In this document: positions 11,561 to 25,000 of the stretch, in pieces
Numbering within the stretch: the first letter of the stretch is position 1
Layout of the letters: each line of letters starts with the position of its first letter
From: Penicillus capitatus
Taxonomy: Eukaryota; Plantae; Chlorophyta
Reading direction: 5' to 3'
Assembly: GCA_965649825.1 (NCBI GenBank)
Contig: OZ287703.1
Span: 248,001-312,000 of the forward strand
DNA: 64,000 nucleotides
Position numbers and translations under genes: made by a program
Notes under the pieces: model-generated
The model's database searches: none
The model's input: only the letters and a program-made list of their open reading frames with translations
What the model was told of the DNA's origin: nothing

Positions 11561-12319
11561 TCATGTTTTCTGTCTGTACTTACTGAACCCAGACTTCGCG
11601 ATTGAGGCACCTATCAAGAAACACACGGCGGCAGCGGAGACAGCTCGTTTCACCCACTTCACTCTTCGACCTGCACTTTCCTGCCCTTCTGTCTCAGAAA
11701 CAGCGCTCGTGGTGGATGCACGCACCTATCCAACACCCGTCCGTCCGTCCATCAGATCGAACATCTCAAGCATGACGGCAGACATTACCTGCAACGTGCG
11801 TGCTGAACTAAAATTGACTTGAAATAGGTGTTCATTTGTGCGTGCGTCTCTGGTCGCATGCAACACGGGCAAGGATTGCACATAGTTGACCAAAGACTGC
11901 AAGATCTGTCCGTCCCTATCAGAGACATGGAGAAGCTCATCGACCCGCTGCTTCAACGCTTCGTTGATCGTTTGGTATATCTCAACAGACGACTTCATTA
12001 GTTTTACGTAATCTATCACACTTAACAGCTCACTCGGACTCTACAGGCGATAGACCTAACGGACGAGAATGATATGGACACTGCGCACCACTTCTGCTAC
12101 GGTCTCATCCGAGGCATCGGAAATCTCTTTGATAATTCTTCTAGCGGCATCGTTCCATTGGTCTAGCGCGAATTGCTGCCTCAAGATGCATTCCTCCTTC
12201 TGCTGGGTTGAAACGGCGTCGTCTGTTGGTGACCGTCGGCATCGATGCTGCAAGGCGCGGCGATGTGCTGAGGTCTCGACACTACGCGACGTGCATGCTC
12301 GCTCTGTATGGCCCAACAT
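11561..12319 (-). CDS. Hypothetical helical protein with a C-terminal hydrophobic segment (tail-anchored candidate)
   Basis: ORFs 12056-12319 and 11726-12019 can be joined. Intron 11726-11788 leads to a last exon ending ...AVSAAAVCFLIGASIAKSGFSKYRQKT*. No family recognised. Confidence 0.5.
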
Positions 12320-12466
12320 GCTGATATCGTCCCGTCGAAATCTGTGCTAATCTTTGTCTGTCTGTTGGTATATACAATTGAACGAACGACCCCGCAAACA
12401 GTACAAGCGAAAATCTCTCGATTCCAGTGAAATGCGACCATTTGACCCGCGTAGCGTACAGACCAT

Positions 12467-13460
12467 ATGTCGAGTCGAGTCGTTACACAGTGGCCATCGT
12501 TCTTTCCCGATCAACTCCAACGCGTCACTTCGCTATCGGCACTAAAATGTGCGAAAAGGTATCGACGCGAAGCCATGTATGTCCCATGTCTAGAACGGGA
12601 CGTGCCGACGGCGCATATCCCACCAGCACGGAGAGATGCAAGCAAACATCCCGTCTGCTTCTTGCATGGCTTCGATAGTTCGAGCCTCGATTTTCGAGAA
12701 TTGCTGCCGTACGTCGAAGACCGTTGCGAAGCCTGGGCCGTCGACCTCGTCGGTTGGGGATTCTCAGATCACTCCCTCTTCGTCAATGATCCATCGCTTC
12801 CCAATGGTCCCGATGTCAAGAAGGAGCATCTCTATGCATTCTGGAAACAGTCCATCGGACGACCGATGTGTGTCATGGGGGTCTCCTTGGGAGGCGCAGT
12901 GGCGATCGATTTTGCCTTGACCTATCCAGAAGCTGTCAGCACTCTTGTTCTGTCAGCTGCTCAGGGGTACACTGATGGTCTCGGAGTGCTCTCACGTGTC
13001 CCTTCCTTCGTGGCGAAGCTCGGTGTGCAGATCCTTCAAACTGAGGCACTAAGACGAGCGGCAAATACGATGGCATACCACAACAAAGAGATCGATATCG
13101 AACAGGCCATGACGATCGGCCGACTCCACACACTTTTGCCAGGTTTCATCCTCGAATACTATGTAAGGACGGGTGTTGTGTCGAGATATCTGTTTAGGGT
13201 GGATGGAAGCTTCGTTGGCTTTCATTCGGAGCGATGGCTACTCTTTGAGTGACAAGATTTCGTCCATCGATGTTCCGACACTCGTTGTCTGGGGAAGAGA
13301 GGATCGTGTGCTCGGGACAGCACCGGCTGAACGATTTGCATCGGATATCGCAGATGTACAGCTCCGATGGATCGAGGCCTGTGGTCATGCCGGACACATA
13401 GAGCAGTACCAACAGCTGGGCGATCATCTTTTGACATTTCTCGAAGAAAGGATTCCGTAA
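12467..13460 (+). CDS. Alpha/beta-fold hydrolase
   Basis: FLHGFDSS, AVDLVGWGFS, nucleophile elbow GVSLGG, VVWGREDRVL and CGHAGHIE. Intron 13143-13197. Confidence 0.92.
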
Positions 13461-13488
13461 AAGATTTTTGTTTTTGTTCGTTTCCTGA

Positions 13489-14400
13489 TCAATTTGGCAA
13501 AATGGGATTCTTAACATCGTTCCCGTATCTGCTCGCTGATCGCATTATACTGCTGACTAGAGCGATCGCTATACCAATCGAACTCAACAGAAAGGCTGCA
13601 GGGATCAGAATCCGAATCGAATCGATCGATGTCGACGTGTGCTGATCGGCAGCAATCGATCGATGCACTTCAAAGATCGGTTTGTCCTTGAGTAACGATT
13701 CGATTTTTGACGGGCTTCGAAAAGGAAACTTTCCCCATTGATATGCGCATGCAAGCTCATCGACCTGCACGAACAGGTGACGCACAAGGTTTTTCGTGTC
13801 GACGACGTGCATTGACAGAAATACGATCAAGGTAAGAGTCGATCTCACAGCTCCCTTCGCACCAACGTCCCTTATGGCGTCCGACACAGAGTTTCCACAT
13901 CAAGTCCTCTCGCTTTTGCGTCCGCATAAAGGGCGTCCGGCCGCAATCGATCTCGATCGTACGATTGTCGCCTTTGGCAATAAAGGTCACTCGAATGTCT
14001 TTGGTAAGATCTGTCTAAAACGGGCCTCAGATGCGCGTTAACAGGCAGCGATCTGAGTACGAGCGAATGGCCGTCGGTGCGTCGATCGAGCCGTTCCGTC
14101 GTCATCATCTTGCCCTGTTCGTTCGCGGTCAAAGGGTGAGTTGCTGGCGGAATGTTGTAAACGGTGTCGCCGTCGAGGACGACAACCCATTTCATGTTCT
14201 CATTCCCGCGTTGTTTCTGGAGAGGCTCTTCCCCGGCTGCATAGAGAAACACGAATGAATAGAGAGAGTTGTATGGAAAGTAAAAGGATGCTTGGATAGA
14301 TCGTCGCGAACGACAGAATCACGATCGAACCGATGAGAAAACCGATCGCTGCGCTCGGTGCGATATCCACCCATCGACAGCGATAGGAGGATGCATCCAT
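13489..14400 (-). CDS. Possible hypothetical membrane protein; gene model and strand uncertain
   Basis: Minus-strand ORF pieces have hydrophobic N- and C-terminal stretches and plausible short introns. Plus-strand donor-like sites also occur, so the call is unresolved. Confidence 0.3.
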
Positions 14401-14454
14401 CCGGTCTCGACACAACAATGCACCACACGTCGCGCATTTTGTCGAGATGACATC

Positions 14455-15194
14455 ATGATCGTGTCTTCGGCACTGCGATTGCGTCCGCCAAAATTGCAGC
14501 AGGCGACACGAAGACGCCATTCCCAGATCGATCTGCGATATGTACCGGTTTTCTGTCAGAAAGGCTTTGGAAAGGAGGGCCGATCAAAGAAAGGGCCGAT
14601 GTCAACGAAGGGCATCTCTTACAAGCAGCTAAAAGAGAAAGGTGTTTTGAATACGGATCAAGGATGGCTGCCCGTTGCCAAACTTACAGATTTTAAAGTC
14701 TCGCCTATCCTTTTCGATGCACGTTTTGCAGACGGTTCTCATTCGTGAGGGATCTAGAGCCACCTGTCCCGTCATTACGACGACTGGCGTGGCCGTGGTT
14801 TTGTACAGAGTAAGAGAGAAGGTGTTTTGCTCAGCAGCCAATTCCACTGCCTATCGTTTCCCAATGAACGATGCTCGGATCTTTGATGGCCCCGAAGGTC
14901 CGGCAGCTGAGTGTCCACTGGATGGTACGACCTACGATCTCCAAACTGGAAAAGTACCTTCACATCGCTACAGAACCGTCGATGACATCGACTGTGTCCA
15001 GGTTCTCGAATGGTGTCCCAAGAGCAATCCGTTACGAGCCGTACTTGGCACCCTCAAAGTAAAAACCATTGGCCTCTGTGTCATCTCATCTCATGGAATG
15101 CGTGCACGGACAGTCGAGAGAAGATCCGAAACCGCTTTCTGTGTACGATGTGGTCGTGGCAGATGATGGGGCCATTTTTACAAAGCTTTTTTGA
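14455..15194 (+). CDS. Plastid Rieske-like domain protein (PSB33/TEF5-related fold, ligands degenerate)
   Basis: Transit-peptide-like start, GWLPVA, VVLYRV, CPLDGTTYDLQTGK-VLEWCPKSNPLR and LSVYDV. Three short introns. Confidence 0.8.
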
Positions 15195-15263
15195 CGGGAA
15201 ATTGGAATCTTGAGAGCCGTTGAGTGTATGTTCTCTGCCAACAACAACAGATGGATGCCTTTC

Positions 15264-17015
15264 TCATTTCTTTCTTCTGGTAACGACGAGCTCGTCTTTC
15301 CCCAGACTTCCAAATCTGGCGAAGAAGTTGAGAAGGACGATGGCCAAAAAACACGCCGTTGCTCCACCTGCAAAGCACCCGACGTTACCCAGGCCTCTTG
15401 AAGAGGTGACATCCGACAGTATCCCAGCCACACTATTACTGGCAGCCAATGCAAAGCCTACACCCAGACGGCAGTGCACAGCGAAAAGAGCAGAGGTGTG
15501 AGACGGACCGAGAATGAAATCGGTGACAGACCATGCTGTTCCAGATAGCTTCCCGACACCTTCCACGTTGCCCGTTGGCATGTAGGAACCGATCATCGAA
15601 AGCGTAATGCTGTGCGTCATAGACATATGCAGCGCGAGGAGACAGGCTCCCAACCACATTCCTACAGGAGTGATGATCAGCTGGACACAGAGGGTGTCAA
15701 AGTGTACACGCACCCCATCGGTGACCAAACTGAGGCAGACCAAAGACAGCATCGGCTGCGATCATCAACATGAAGCCAACGGTCAACATTCGATTACGAC
15801 TGGCCACGTTTGTTCCGGCAGCTTTGGAGAGTGGGGCCGTTAACAATGCCTGGACGCTCATCTGCACCATGGCGAGTGTTGCCAGCTCTGTCTTGGGCAT
15901 CACCTGAAGGGCGACAATGTCTCGCCTTGTGCTGATTCTCTTAAACGGGCGCGCACTTGTTTGGCTCTCAACATTAGGAAAGACGCATCAAATCGGGCAA
16001 AGTACAGTACTAGGATCACTGCTAATGCCTGCCAGTAGGCTGGCTGGAAACTCTTGGCGATTGCCTGGGCTTTCTGCCACAGACTCAACTGCACTTTTGG
16101 CTCCTGTGTCTCCTTCGCCGCCGCCGCCGCCGTCTGTTTTCGATCGATGGCCTGTCTGAGATCGTCTTGAAAATTCGAGAACACCCAGAGCAGGGCGATC
16201 GCTGGCGGAACGGAAGCGGCAGCAAAGGTTAAGATATAATTCTGCCCTGTCAGGGCGAAAACTGCAGCAGCTAGACTCGATCCAATCAGTGCGCCAATGG
16301 TGGCCAGCGAGAACCGCATGCCGTATGCCGCATCGGGACTGTCACCCGATTTCTGTGCCAATTCATTCATGACAGCTTTCGTCGGTGCCTCTCGGACACC
16401 TTTGCTGACTCGATCGAAAAGTTTCCCAAAGACGATGAAATAGAGACAGGCCGTGACGCCAAAAGAGGCCGATACAAATCCAGACAGCGCAAACATCGGT
16501 TTGCACAGAAGCGTAAGAAAAATGCCAAAGAGAACCACTCGGATTTGAGATCCCAAAATATCGCCGACGACACCGGAGACGCCCTTGGCTAACTGTGCCA
16601 GAAACTGAGCAGCGCCCTGGACAGTGCCGATTTTGGTGTTGCTGAGTTTGAGGACGTCCTGCATGTAGACAGGTAGATAGGTATCGTGTATGAAGGTCGC
16701 AATTGAACAGAGCATCTGACCAGTGGCGAGAGCAAAGAGCTTTCGGTTGCAGACGGGATCGGAAAAGACAGAGAAGAGCCCTGCCGCTTTGGACTCCTTC
16801 GATGCTGTTACTCCGGCGTTCTCGGCTGCGAACGTACTAACATTGCGCCGGGAGTGCGAGACGACGCTTCGGGGAAGATGAATCGACGCGATCGGCGGTC
16901 GGGGCGACGATCGCGGCACAATGGAACGAAATGCGACGCTCCGATGGTCGACGCGGACGACGCCCGAAAACGTGTTTCGACAACGCATGGCTCGATCGAT
17001 CGACGTCGACCTCAT
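15264..17015 (-). CDS. Major facilitator superfamily transporter with a transit-peptide-like N-terminus
   Basis: About 12 hydrophobic segments over three exons. GVVGDILGSQ motif-A-like loop, DRVSKGVREAP and AYGMRFSLATIGALIG. Confidence 0.88.
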
Positions 17016-17236
17016 CTGCGATCAATCGGAAAAATGGAACCCTATCACCATCCTCTTAAACACCAAAGCTGCATCGTGGGAAAGTAAATCGGTAGTCTGG
17101 TGGATAACAGCCGGCCGAAATCCGCCGTTCACGAAAGGGATCGTACGTTGTTGTCGGTAAAATAGAGGAGAGGAAAAGTCGCTTCTCTTTCTGCAGAGAG
17201 CATCCGACAGATCTGCTGAATCGAGGATCTTTATTC

Positions 17237-19337
17237 TCAGTGGTGCAGAGCTGCGTGGAAGGTCGCTTGCTTCTCTGCTGCCTGTTTTGCCGCCTCTTCT
17301 GCTGCTTTCTTTGCCATCGACTTGAAATACAGCGCATCGGGATGCGGCGGATCTGGAGCATTGGACCAGTTGTGCACATAGTGCCCCATTTCCTCTTCTG
17401 TCAATAATGCCTCATCAAGTTGTTTGGTAATCATCTCCTGCACCATTGCCATCCGTGTTAATCATTGAGATCGATATCGACGGAGTAGATTAGAGATAGC
17501 TTACCTCATTCATATTGGCTCCGATAAACACGATCTCTTGTCGGCGATCGCCAAAAGGTCCATCTTCGTCGAAGTCGCTGTAGATCATCTGCCTCTGAAG
17601 AGGATTAGGAGGGAAATGATCTGGATGGACGTTGACCCACCAATCCCCTTCTTCTCTTAACTCAAAATGCTGCCCAGCATGGGACCAATAAAAGGCAGAG
17701 ATGTGTCCATTGGCCAACCAGGTAAAGCCTTTCGATCGCACAACGCGTTTGATGGCATTGTCCCCTACCCCTGGCGCCATGCCATCCAATGCAGAGTTCT
17801 GCGTAGCAGGAAGCCAACGCAAAACGAGCTGACGCAATCTACACATGGGCTTGCCATACAGCCAGAGAACAGACAAGATATCGCCAACCTGATTGGATGG
17901 AACGGCTTTCTACGAAGGTAAACAAAAGAAGTGATGCCAAACTTTTCTGCAGGCGTAGCATTTTTTGAGCCATGATCATGGTGCTCGTGCCCATGCTCGT
18001 GCCCATGCTCGTGACCATGGTCATGGTGTCCCTGTCCCTGTCCCTGTTGTTTGTGTTCGTGGTGCTCTTTGTGGCTGTGATCATGATCATGGTGCTGTTC
18101 GTGGTGTTCTTCGTGATCGTGATCGTGATCGTGATCATGGTGCTGTTCCTTATGGCTGTGGCCCTCACCATCATTTTTGTGATGGTGGTCGTGAGCTTGG
18201 TTCTGGGCTGCCATGACAGAACTGCGGTGTTGTGCTTCGATGTTCATCTTTGATGCAATTCCTGATCGCTGAATCATCTCCATTGGTATCTAACACACAT
18301 CCCCTGTTCTGTATGGCATTTTTTGACCCTGTCATCAGAAAGACCTTCCCGAACGAAGCCGGCACGACATGGGCTAGCGTGTTGAGCGATGACATGATCG
18401 ACTTCAGCTGCGCCATTTTCTCCTCATCAATCGCATCTGCTTTGTTGAGGACAATCACATCCGCACATTCAATCTGCTCAACCAAAAGATCCACAACTGG
18501 ACGATTCGTGGATCCACCATCTCCCAGATCAGGACGCATAGACATCGGCGCCTTAGAACTGTAATCATTAATAAACGTTGCAGAATCGACCACCGTGATC
18601 AGTCCTTGCAGTTCAATGCGACGCGTAACGGCGAATCCCATCGCAATGGCATCATTGAACGAATCCCTGATGTTTTGCGGTTCTGCCACACCGGAGTTCT
18701 CCAAAATGACGCTAAAGAGTGAGACGAATAAAGAAATGTGTGAGAATGCGTGTGGGGGTACTGACCGCTCATACGGTTCTCCGCTTTGATCTCCATGTTC
18801 AATCAGCTCAGCGAAAGCGGGGAAGAGTTCCTCGGCGGCGGAGCAACAGGCACAACCGTTCTGCAGTTCGACCATGTCAGCCAACGCCGTCTTCGCCGCT
18901 GAAGGGGCATCCGAACGCGATGTCGAGTTGCGAACGAGTTTCGCGTCGATGTTGACACTTGCCAAATCATTCACCAAACAAGCGATTTTGCTCGTCGAGT
19001 TTTCCAAAATGTGCTTCAGCAATGTTGTCTTGCCTATATATGCATCAACAAGAAATGTGCCACGTCGGGAGCGAACAGACATACCGGCGCCTAAAAAGCC
19101 GCTCAGCATCGTCACCGGAATGCGACGGTAGTGGACATGCGGAGAGAACGACATTGCAAAAGACACCACGGAGATTCTCTACACAGTCGATTTGGCGAAT
19201 GGATTTTACTGACGCGCGTCTGCACAAACAAACAAACACCCACACGTCACATCATCAGAGATTCCAAACCCCGAGAACGTTTTTGACGATTCGCATCCGA
19301 TCGCATTTGGCGCGAGAAAAGTGGCGCTGAACGCCAT
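17237..19337 (-). CDS. COG0523/CobW (ZNG1-type) metal-chaperone GTPase with a long His-rich insert; start uncertain
   Basis: IPVTMLSGFLGAG-KTTLL Walker A, ELQNGCACC (GCxCC), ENSGVAEP, QIECADVIVLNKAD, C-terminal VVRSKGFTWLA and GDRRQEIVFIG. His-rich block about 17975-18200. Confidence 0.93.
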
Positions 19338-19451
19338 GAGACGGCTAAGGCGATAAAGAAACACACGGCCAGGCATCATTCTTTCCAAAGAGCCTGGGTA
19401 CATCACGACGATGTGACTGACGGGTGCGTGTTTGTTGTTATCTATCGTTCA

Positions 19452-21484
19452 ATGCACAAAAAAACGACGTCGCGGCATACACCCCAGCAAGACATTCCTA
19501 TCGAGCTTGGTATCGTGCTCACCATCTTTTATCGTTTTCTAGACGCAATGGCCATTCGAAGTTTCGTTGGATACGGACGGGCTGTGTCTTTTGCTTTCTC
19601 TTCGCTGTCTTCACTCTATATAGCGTCTTGACGGTAAGGCAACCACGTCTCGATGCGATAGTGAACGCCATGCAGGAGAAATTGAGTGAGACGATGAGAC
19701 TGAAGCAACGCATAATCGACGACGTCTCGTCAAGCAGCTGCGTCGATGGCGACCGAACGCCCAAAGTGCATTCCGATGACCGATCGCGTCGATATCGATC
19801 GGTGTACAGGTCGCGATGATGTTCATGTCCTATGGGAAACTGCACAATGAACCAATCTGGCGTGCATTCTTCGAAGCAGCAGGTCCTATCGATACATCGA
19901 CGCCATCGTTGATCACAAGATCGCAAACCCACAGGTCGTCTCTGTCTCAAACACGAACCGCCTGCCAACCTCACCGCAGCGCCACGGCTATCAAATTCTT
20001 CGGACGTTCGACAGCAGTCCCCTCTGAGAGTGAGCTGTCACGTCACGAAGAGATCGATCTCTTGAGACGATCGCGATGATGTTGTTGAGAGGCGATTGCA
20101 TTCCGAAGATCAGCAACGTGTGTTCGATTGTTCGTCGGAGGAAGCATCGATCGAGAGTGAGGTGGAGAGACTCACTGCCAGTAATCCGCCCTCGTCGCCC
20201 TCGACAGCCGTCTATCGTGAGCCTGTCTGTGCCTTGCAGTCGATTGGAACGCGACGGATCTCGTTGCTCGTCAGTCGCTCTTCACCGTCTATGTCAATTC
20301 CAAGGCATACGACGATACAGAGGAGCCGAGTATCTTCACCGAACATGTCATATCACGGGTCATGAACACAGAGAATGGCTATGCACAGTTTACGCTGGTC
20401 GCCGCCACACTTAGATTGCTCCAGGCAGCATTGGAGAATCCCCTCAACAGGTCGCCACGACACAGTGCTGCCATCTCGCCCATACGATCGACTGCCTTTC
20501 AGGAAATTTGTCCTATTATCGGAGTCATGTGTACCGATCCATCCGCCCGAGCTCATCCATGCTCAGTTAGTCACCGAGCCAAGGAGTCGACTGAATGCCT
20601 GTCGGCATGGAAATCGGAATCTTGGACGGTGCGTGTACTTGCTTTTGCTTTTCTGTCCGACGCGTATCGTGGCGATGATGACAGATGGAATCACAAGATC
20701 GTGGATTACAAAGTCTGGCGAAAGAGTTCTCAGTTTATTGCCCTCAAGAGAAGCCACGCGTCACTGGCGGCCGACGATGCAGAACTGTCGGCGCGGTTTC
20801 AACAGTATTGCTTTACAACGTGGGATCCAATACGGAATCTCTGCGTCGCAGATGAGCACTACTTCCCGACTTTGATAGCTTATCATGGACTCGAGAATCA
20901 AGTACGTATTCTTATGATGGTGCTCATAAGCACAAACGAACGGGCGGACGGACATCGCTCCGTATTCTTGTGATTACAGACAGATTGCCAAGGATACGTG
21001 ACGAGTTCAGAATGGGACACAGGTCGAGATCCGTGGCATCCCGTTTCTTATGAAGAAGACGCTATTCACCCAGAACTCTTCAGAAGGTCTGCCAGTGCTG
21101 CTCGCTCACTCTGTCTGGAATGCCAGATGGCTGACTGCAAACAGGTTAGCTGAAAACGGCAAGGCATTGCAGGAATGTAAAGTGGATATCGCACGCGCAT
21201 CGGTCGCAGCGATTTATGAAGGATTCACTGGAACAGGATGTATTGCTCGCGAGGCAGATCTTCCCAAAAAGACAAACTCCACCCTTTGGGTCAAATCCGT
21301 TACACAATGAAGCAAGCATCTATGAACAATGGTGTTGGCTGCGTAGATGGTGAAGAAAGGGTTCTATCCTTTGCTGTACCCGTGTCCCTTATTCTCACGT
21401 AAATTCTCGGTCGATGTTGTGCGGAAAACGCTTTCTTCTGCATTGTCCTGCAACGGAACTGGTCTTGGCTATTGGTGTTATTAG
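19452..21484 (+). CDS. Core-2/I-branching (GT14/DUF266) glycosyltransferase, type II membrane; start uncertain
   Basis: N-terminal TM, KVAMMFMSYGKLHNEPIWRAFF, FVLLSESCVP, WRKSSQFIALKRSHA, ADEHYFPTL and C-terminal CPLFSRKF. Confidence 0.85.
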
Positions 21485-22069
21485 GCGATTCGTTGCCACG
21501 TCTTAAACAATGAGAACATTAAATAAAGCATGGTTTCAGACCTCACTCATGCTCGACTTGCTTTTCATCTTTGCACGCGCAAAGATGAAACTATAATTCG
21601 TCGACTTAGAAAAACAACGAAGAGTCAAGGACAAGTTACGTCCTTCATGACATACACGTACGTCATAGTGTCTTCTTATCTTGGATCTATCAAAGGAGGA
21701 AGGAGATACGTCAATAGCAAGAGAGGACGGAGGGAATGGGGGCGGGGGATGTACAACAACATGCACCACCACCCAATTTGGCTTGACAGCGTTGGAATTT
21801 ACGAAAACAAGCACCCAAAATGGGAGGCAACAGCATCGCATGCATGTACGTACGAATAGTCAATCTCGCAGCTCGTTTGAAGAAGCTTAAATACTTCTTT
21901 TATTAAGTGTGTATTTGTTGTTGAACCCGCATTACGGATGAGGCGATCGATATACAGTACAGTAGTAAAGAATGGGCATGAAGACTATGAGGGGAAATGA
22001 AGTGCCCGATCGATAACGATGGAGGTCTGTCTGTCTGCTTGCCTGCTTGCCTGTCTGCTTGCTGGCCAA

Positions 22070-25000
22070 TTACTCGCAGATGCTCTTTCTTCTTCGCCGT
22101 TCCTTCCTGTCTCGCACCACCGTGGCAATGGTGGATAGAATTCGGCTTTCGACATGGTCTGCAGTGGAGACGGGAAGGATCACGGGATCCGAGGGACCGG
22201 CGACAGCTTCCGAGACATCCTGCTTGAATGCCTCCGTCTCTACGACGGTGGCAATCTGCGTCTCTTCAATGCCACGTTCCATGCTCTCCCTCGGTTTGTA
22301 AGCAGACAACTGCGAATTGGTACCTCGTCCGCGACTGGCCCACTTCATATGCTTCTTTCCGGTGGGCGTCGACAGAACGACGGAATCTTTCGTCGAGGGC
22401 GGCGCGATGACAGACGACGGATTACGAATACCAGTGCCCGTAACGTCCGCCGTAGGACATCCACTCATCAGATCGGCACGTGCAGCCATGTAACGAATCG
22501 CCTGTTCCAGTTTGAATTTTTCTCTGCTCAGGATGGTGTACTGCTGTCGCATTTCCTCCAGTTCCGTCTTGAGTTTCAGGTGATACTGGATCTTCTGCTT
22601 AGAGTTGTGATGACCCAGCAATGATCCGGAAGACTGCATAAGACCTGTCACATCAGCATTGAGCTGCTCCGAGCGTTTGTGAAGGTGCAAGTTCTCTTCT
22701 TCCAACCGCTGGACCTCCAATCGCATGGCATCGCTGTTTCGCAGCTGATGACGATACTGCGCAGCGAGTTTTTGCGATTCGTTCACTTTCCGTTCAGCTT
22801 CGCGCAGAGCCTCTTTGAGAATATCGACTTCATCGAGATCTTCATCAGCAGATGCGTTGGTTCCCTCGAAGAATGCTAAACGGTCTTTCGCCTCGCGTAG
22901 CTGTTCTCGAAGCTGTTCGTTCTGCTTTCGAGTGGAAACCGCGACAGCTTGAGCGGCAGAGACTTCCGAGCGGAGCTCCTTGATCGATGTCGGCTCCAAT
23001 TTTAAGGCCCGAATCTGAGACTCGTATCGCTTCTTCTGCTGATGCAGCAAAGCACGCAGTTCGTTCTCCGTACCACTGGCAGCATGGCGATCCTCCTGTC
23101 CCGCATCACCCGCTCGTTCTTTCAGCTGCGCCAGTTCCCGTTCGAGTCTCTGGAGCTTCTTCTCACGCTCGGCGAGTTTTGCCTTGGCACTCGCGGCTGC
23201 TTGTTCCTGCTCGCGTGTGATTTCCGTATTCTCCTGTTTCAACGCTTTCACCTGCATCTGTAGATCCTGAACCAGTTGCGCCTTCTGTCTGGCCTCGTTC
23301 TCGGCCTTCACCAATCGAATCTCTGTCTTCTGACTCGCACCTTTGGCCGTCTCCGTACTGCGCGCAGCATTATTCATCTCTGATTGCATCTCGCGAATCT
23401 CTTCTTCGCGTTCCTCGAGCGCCTTCTGCACGGAAGCGAGTCTCTTGGCCAGTTGACCTGAATTCTTCTCCGTATTCGTGTGTGTCGTGTCTAACTGAGA
23501 TTCGAGTAAGCGTTTTTCGGCTCCGAGTTTGGCGAGTTCTTGCGTCTGTGAGGCAACGGTGGACTGTGCATTCTTGTAGGCTGTCTTACTTCGAGCCAGC
23601 TTCTCCTCCACTTCCGCTTTCTGCTTCAGCGTCGACTCCACTGTCTCCTCTGCCTTCTTCCTGCTCTCCACTGCCTTGGCCAATCGGCTCTCCACTTTGG
23701 ACAACTCCTTTCGCATTTCCGCTGCCGCTTCTTCTTTCTTCTTGCCGTGCTGCTTCGATTGCGAAAGATCCTTCTTGCATGACTCAAGCGTTGTCCGAAG
23801 ACTATCGCGTTCTTTCCCGAGTTTATTCAATTGTTCCTGCAGAACGGATAATGTACTACCCTTCTCTCCCACATTGTTTCCCAGTTTCTGGACCTTCTGT
23901 TGAAGTCCCTGGACGGCGGCATGACGCTCAGCGAGTTCGACCTTCGTGGCCTCCAATTCCGATTGCAACTCAGCCACTGTCTGAGCTCGCGTCGCACCTT
24001 CGGACTCATGTACTTCAGCTGCCTTGACGAGATCCTCATTCGTTGCTTGGAGTTCTGCAGCCTCCACTGTCTTTTCGCCCAACTGCAGACGCACCATCTT
24101 CAGTTCGTTCTGCATGTTGGCACGGATCTCCGTGTCCTCTGCCATCTGGGCCTGAGCTGCATCTAGCTGCTGGCTATAGGAGTTGATGGTGTTCTCCTGT
24201 TCGGCTAAGGATCGTCGCAGCGATTTTTCTTCTTTCTTCTGACGCTCGAGTTCACCGACCTTGGCTTTCTTCTCCTTCAAAACCGTCGCGACTTTGTTGC
24301 TCAAATGTTTCAATTCGCTAGCCTACAACACACAACAACCTGTATCACCACCACCCATCGCTACTAAGCAATTATCCAACTTGGGTTTCGGTCAGCTTTT
24401 CGAGCTCGGTGAATTTGGTTTGACGGTCCGTTGCCACCTGCGTGAATTTTTCGAGTTTCTTGCCAAGATCTTGCTCCTCTTCGTCATTAAATTCTCCCCC
24501 GAATGACTTGGTGATGCTCTCCACTCTGCTTTGCAGCATGAGCACGTCTCTATCTTTGGATTGAAGATTCTCTTTCAAGGCAAACATCGTCGCTTCCGCA
24601 TCCCTTAGCGAGTCTTGTGAGGTTTGTTGATCGTTCTCCATTTTTGTGAGTTTGGTTTCAAGCTCTTGCACAAACTGATCACGGTTTCTCAACTCTGCCT
24701 CTGCAACAGAAAGCTCTTCCTGCAGCGACGCCAGCTGTTTTGCTTTTTGGTCGTTTTCCTCGCGCATGTTCCTGAGTTCCTCTTCCAACTCTGCCTTCTC
24801 CTGGAGAATAACCTCAAGTCGTTCCTTCAGTTCCTGAATCTCAGCACGAAGCTTCGCAACAAGCTCCTCTGATTCTGTTTCGCGCTCCGCGGCAACGGTG
24901 AGCTCGGCTTTCAGGACAATGATCTGTGCATAGTTTTCCGAGATGAGACGCTCCGTTGCGGATTTACTGGCACTCAATTCCTCTTCGAGAGCAGCCAGTT

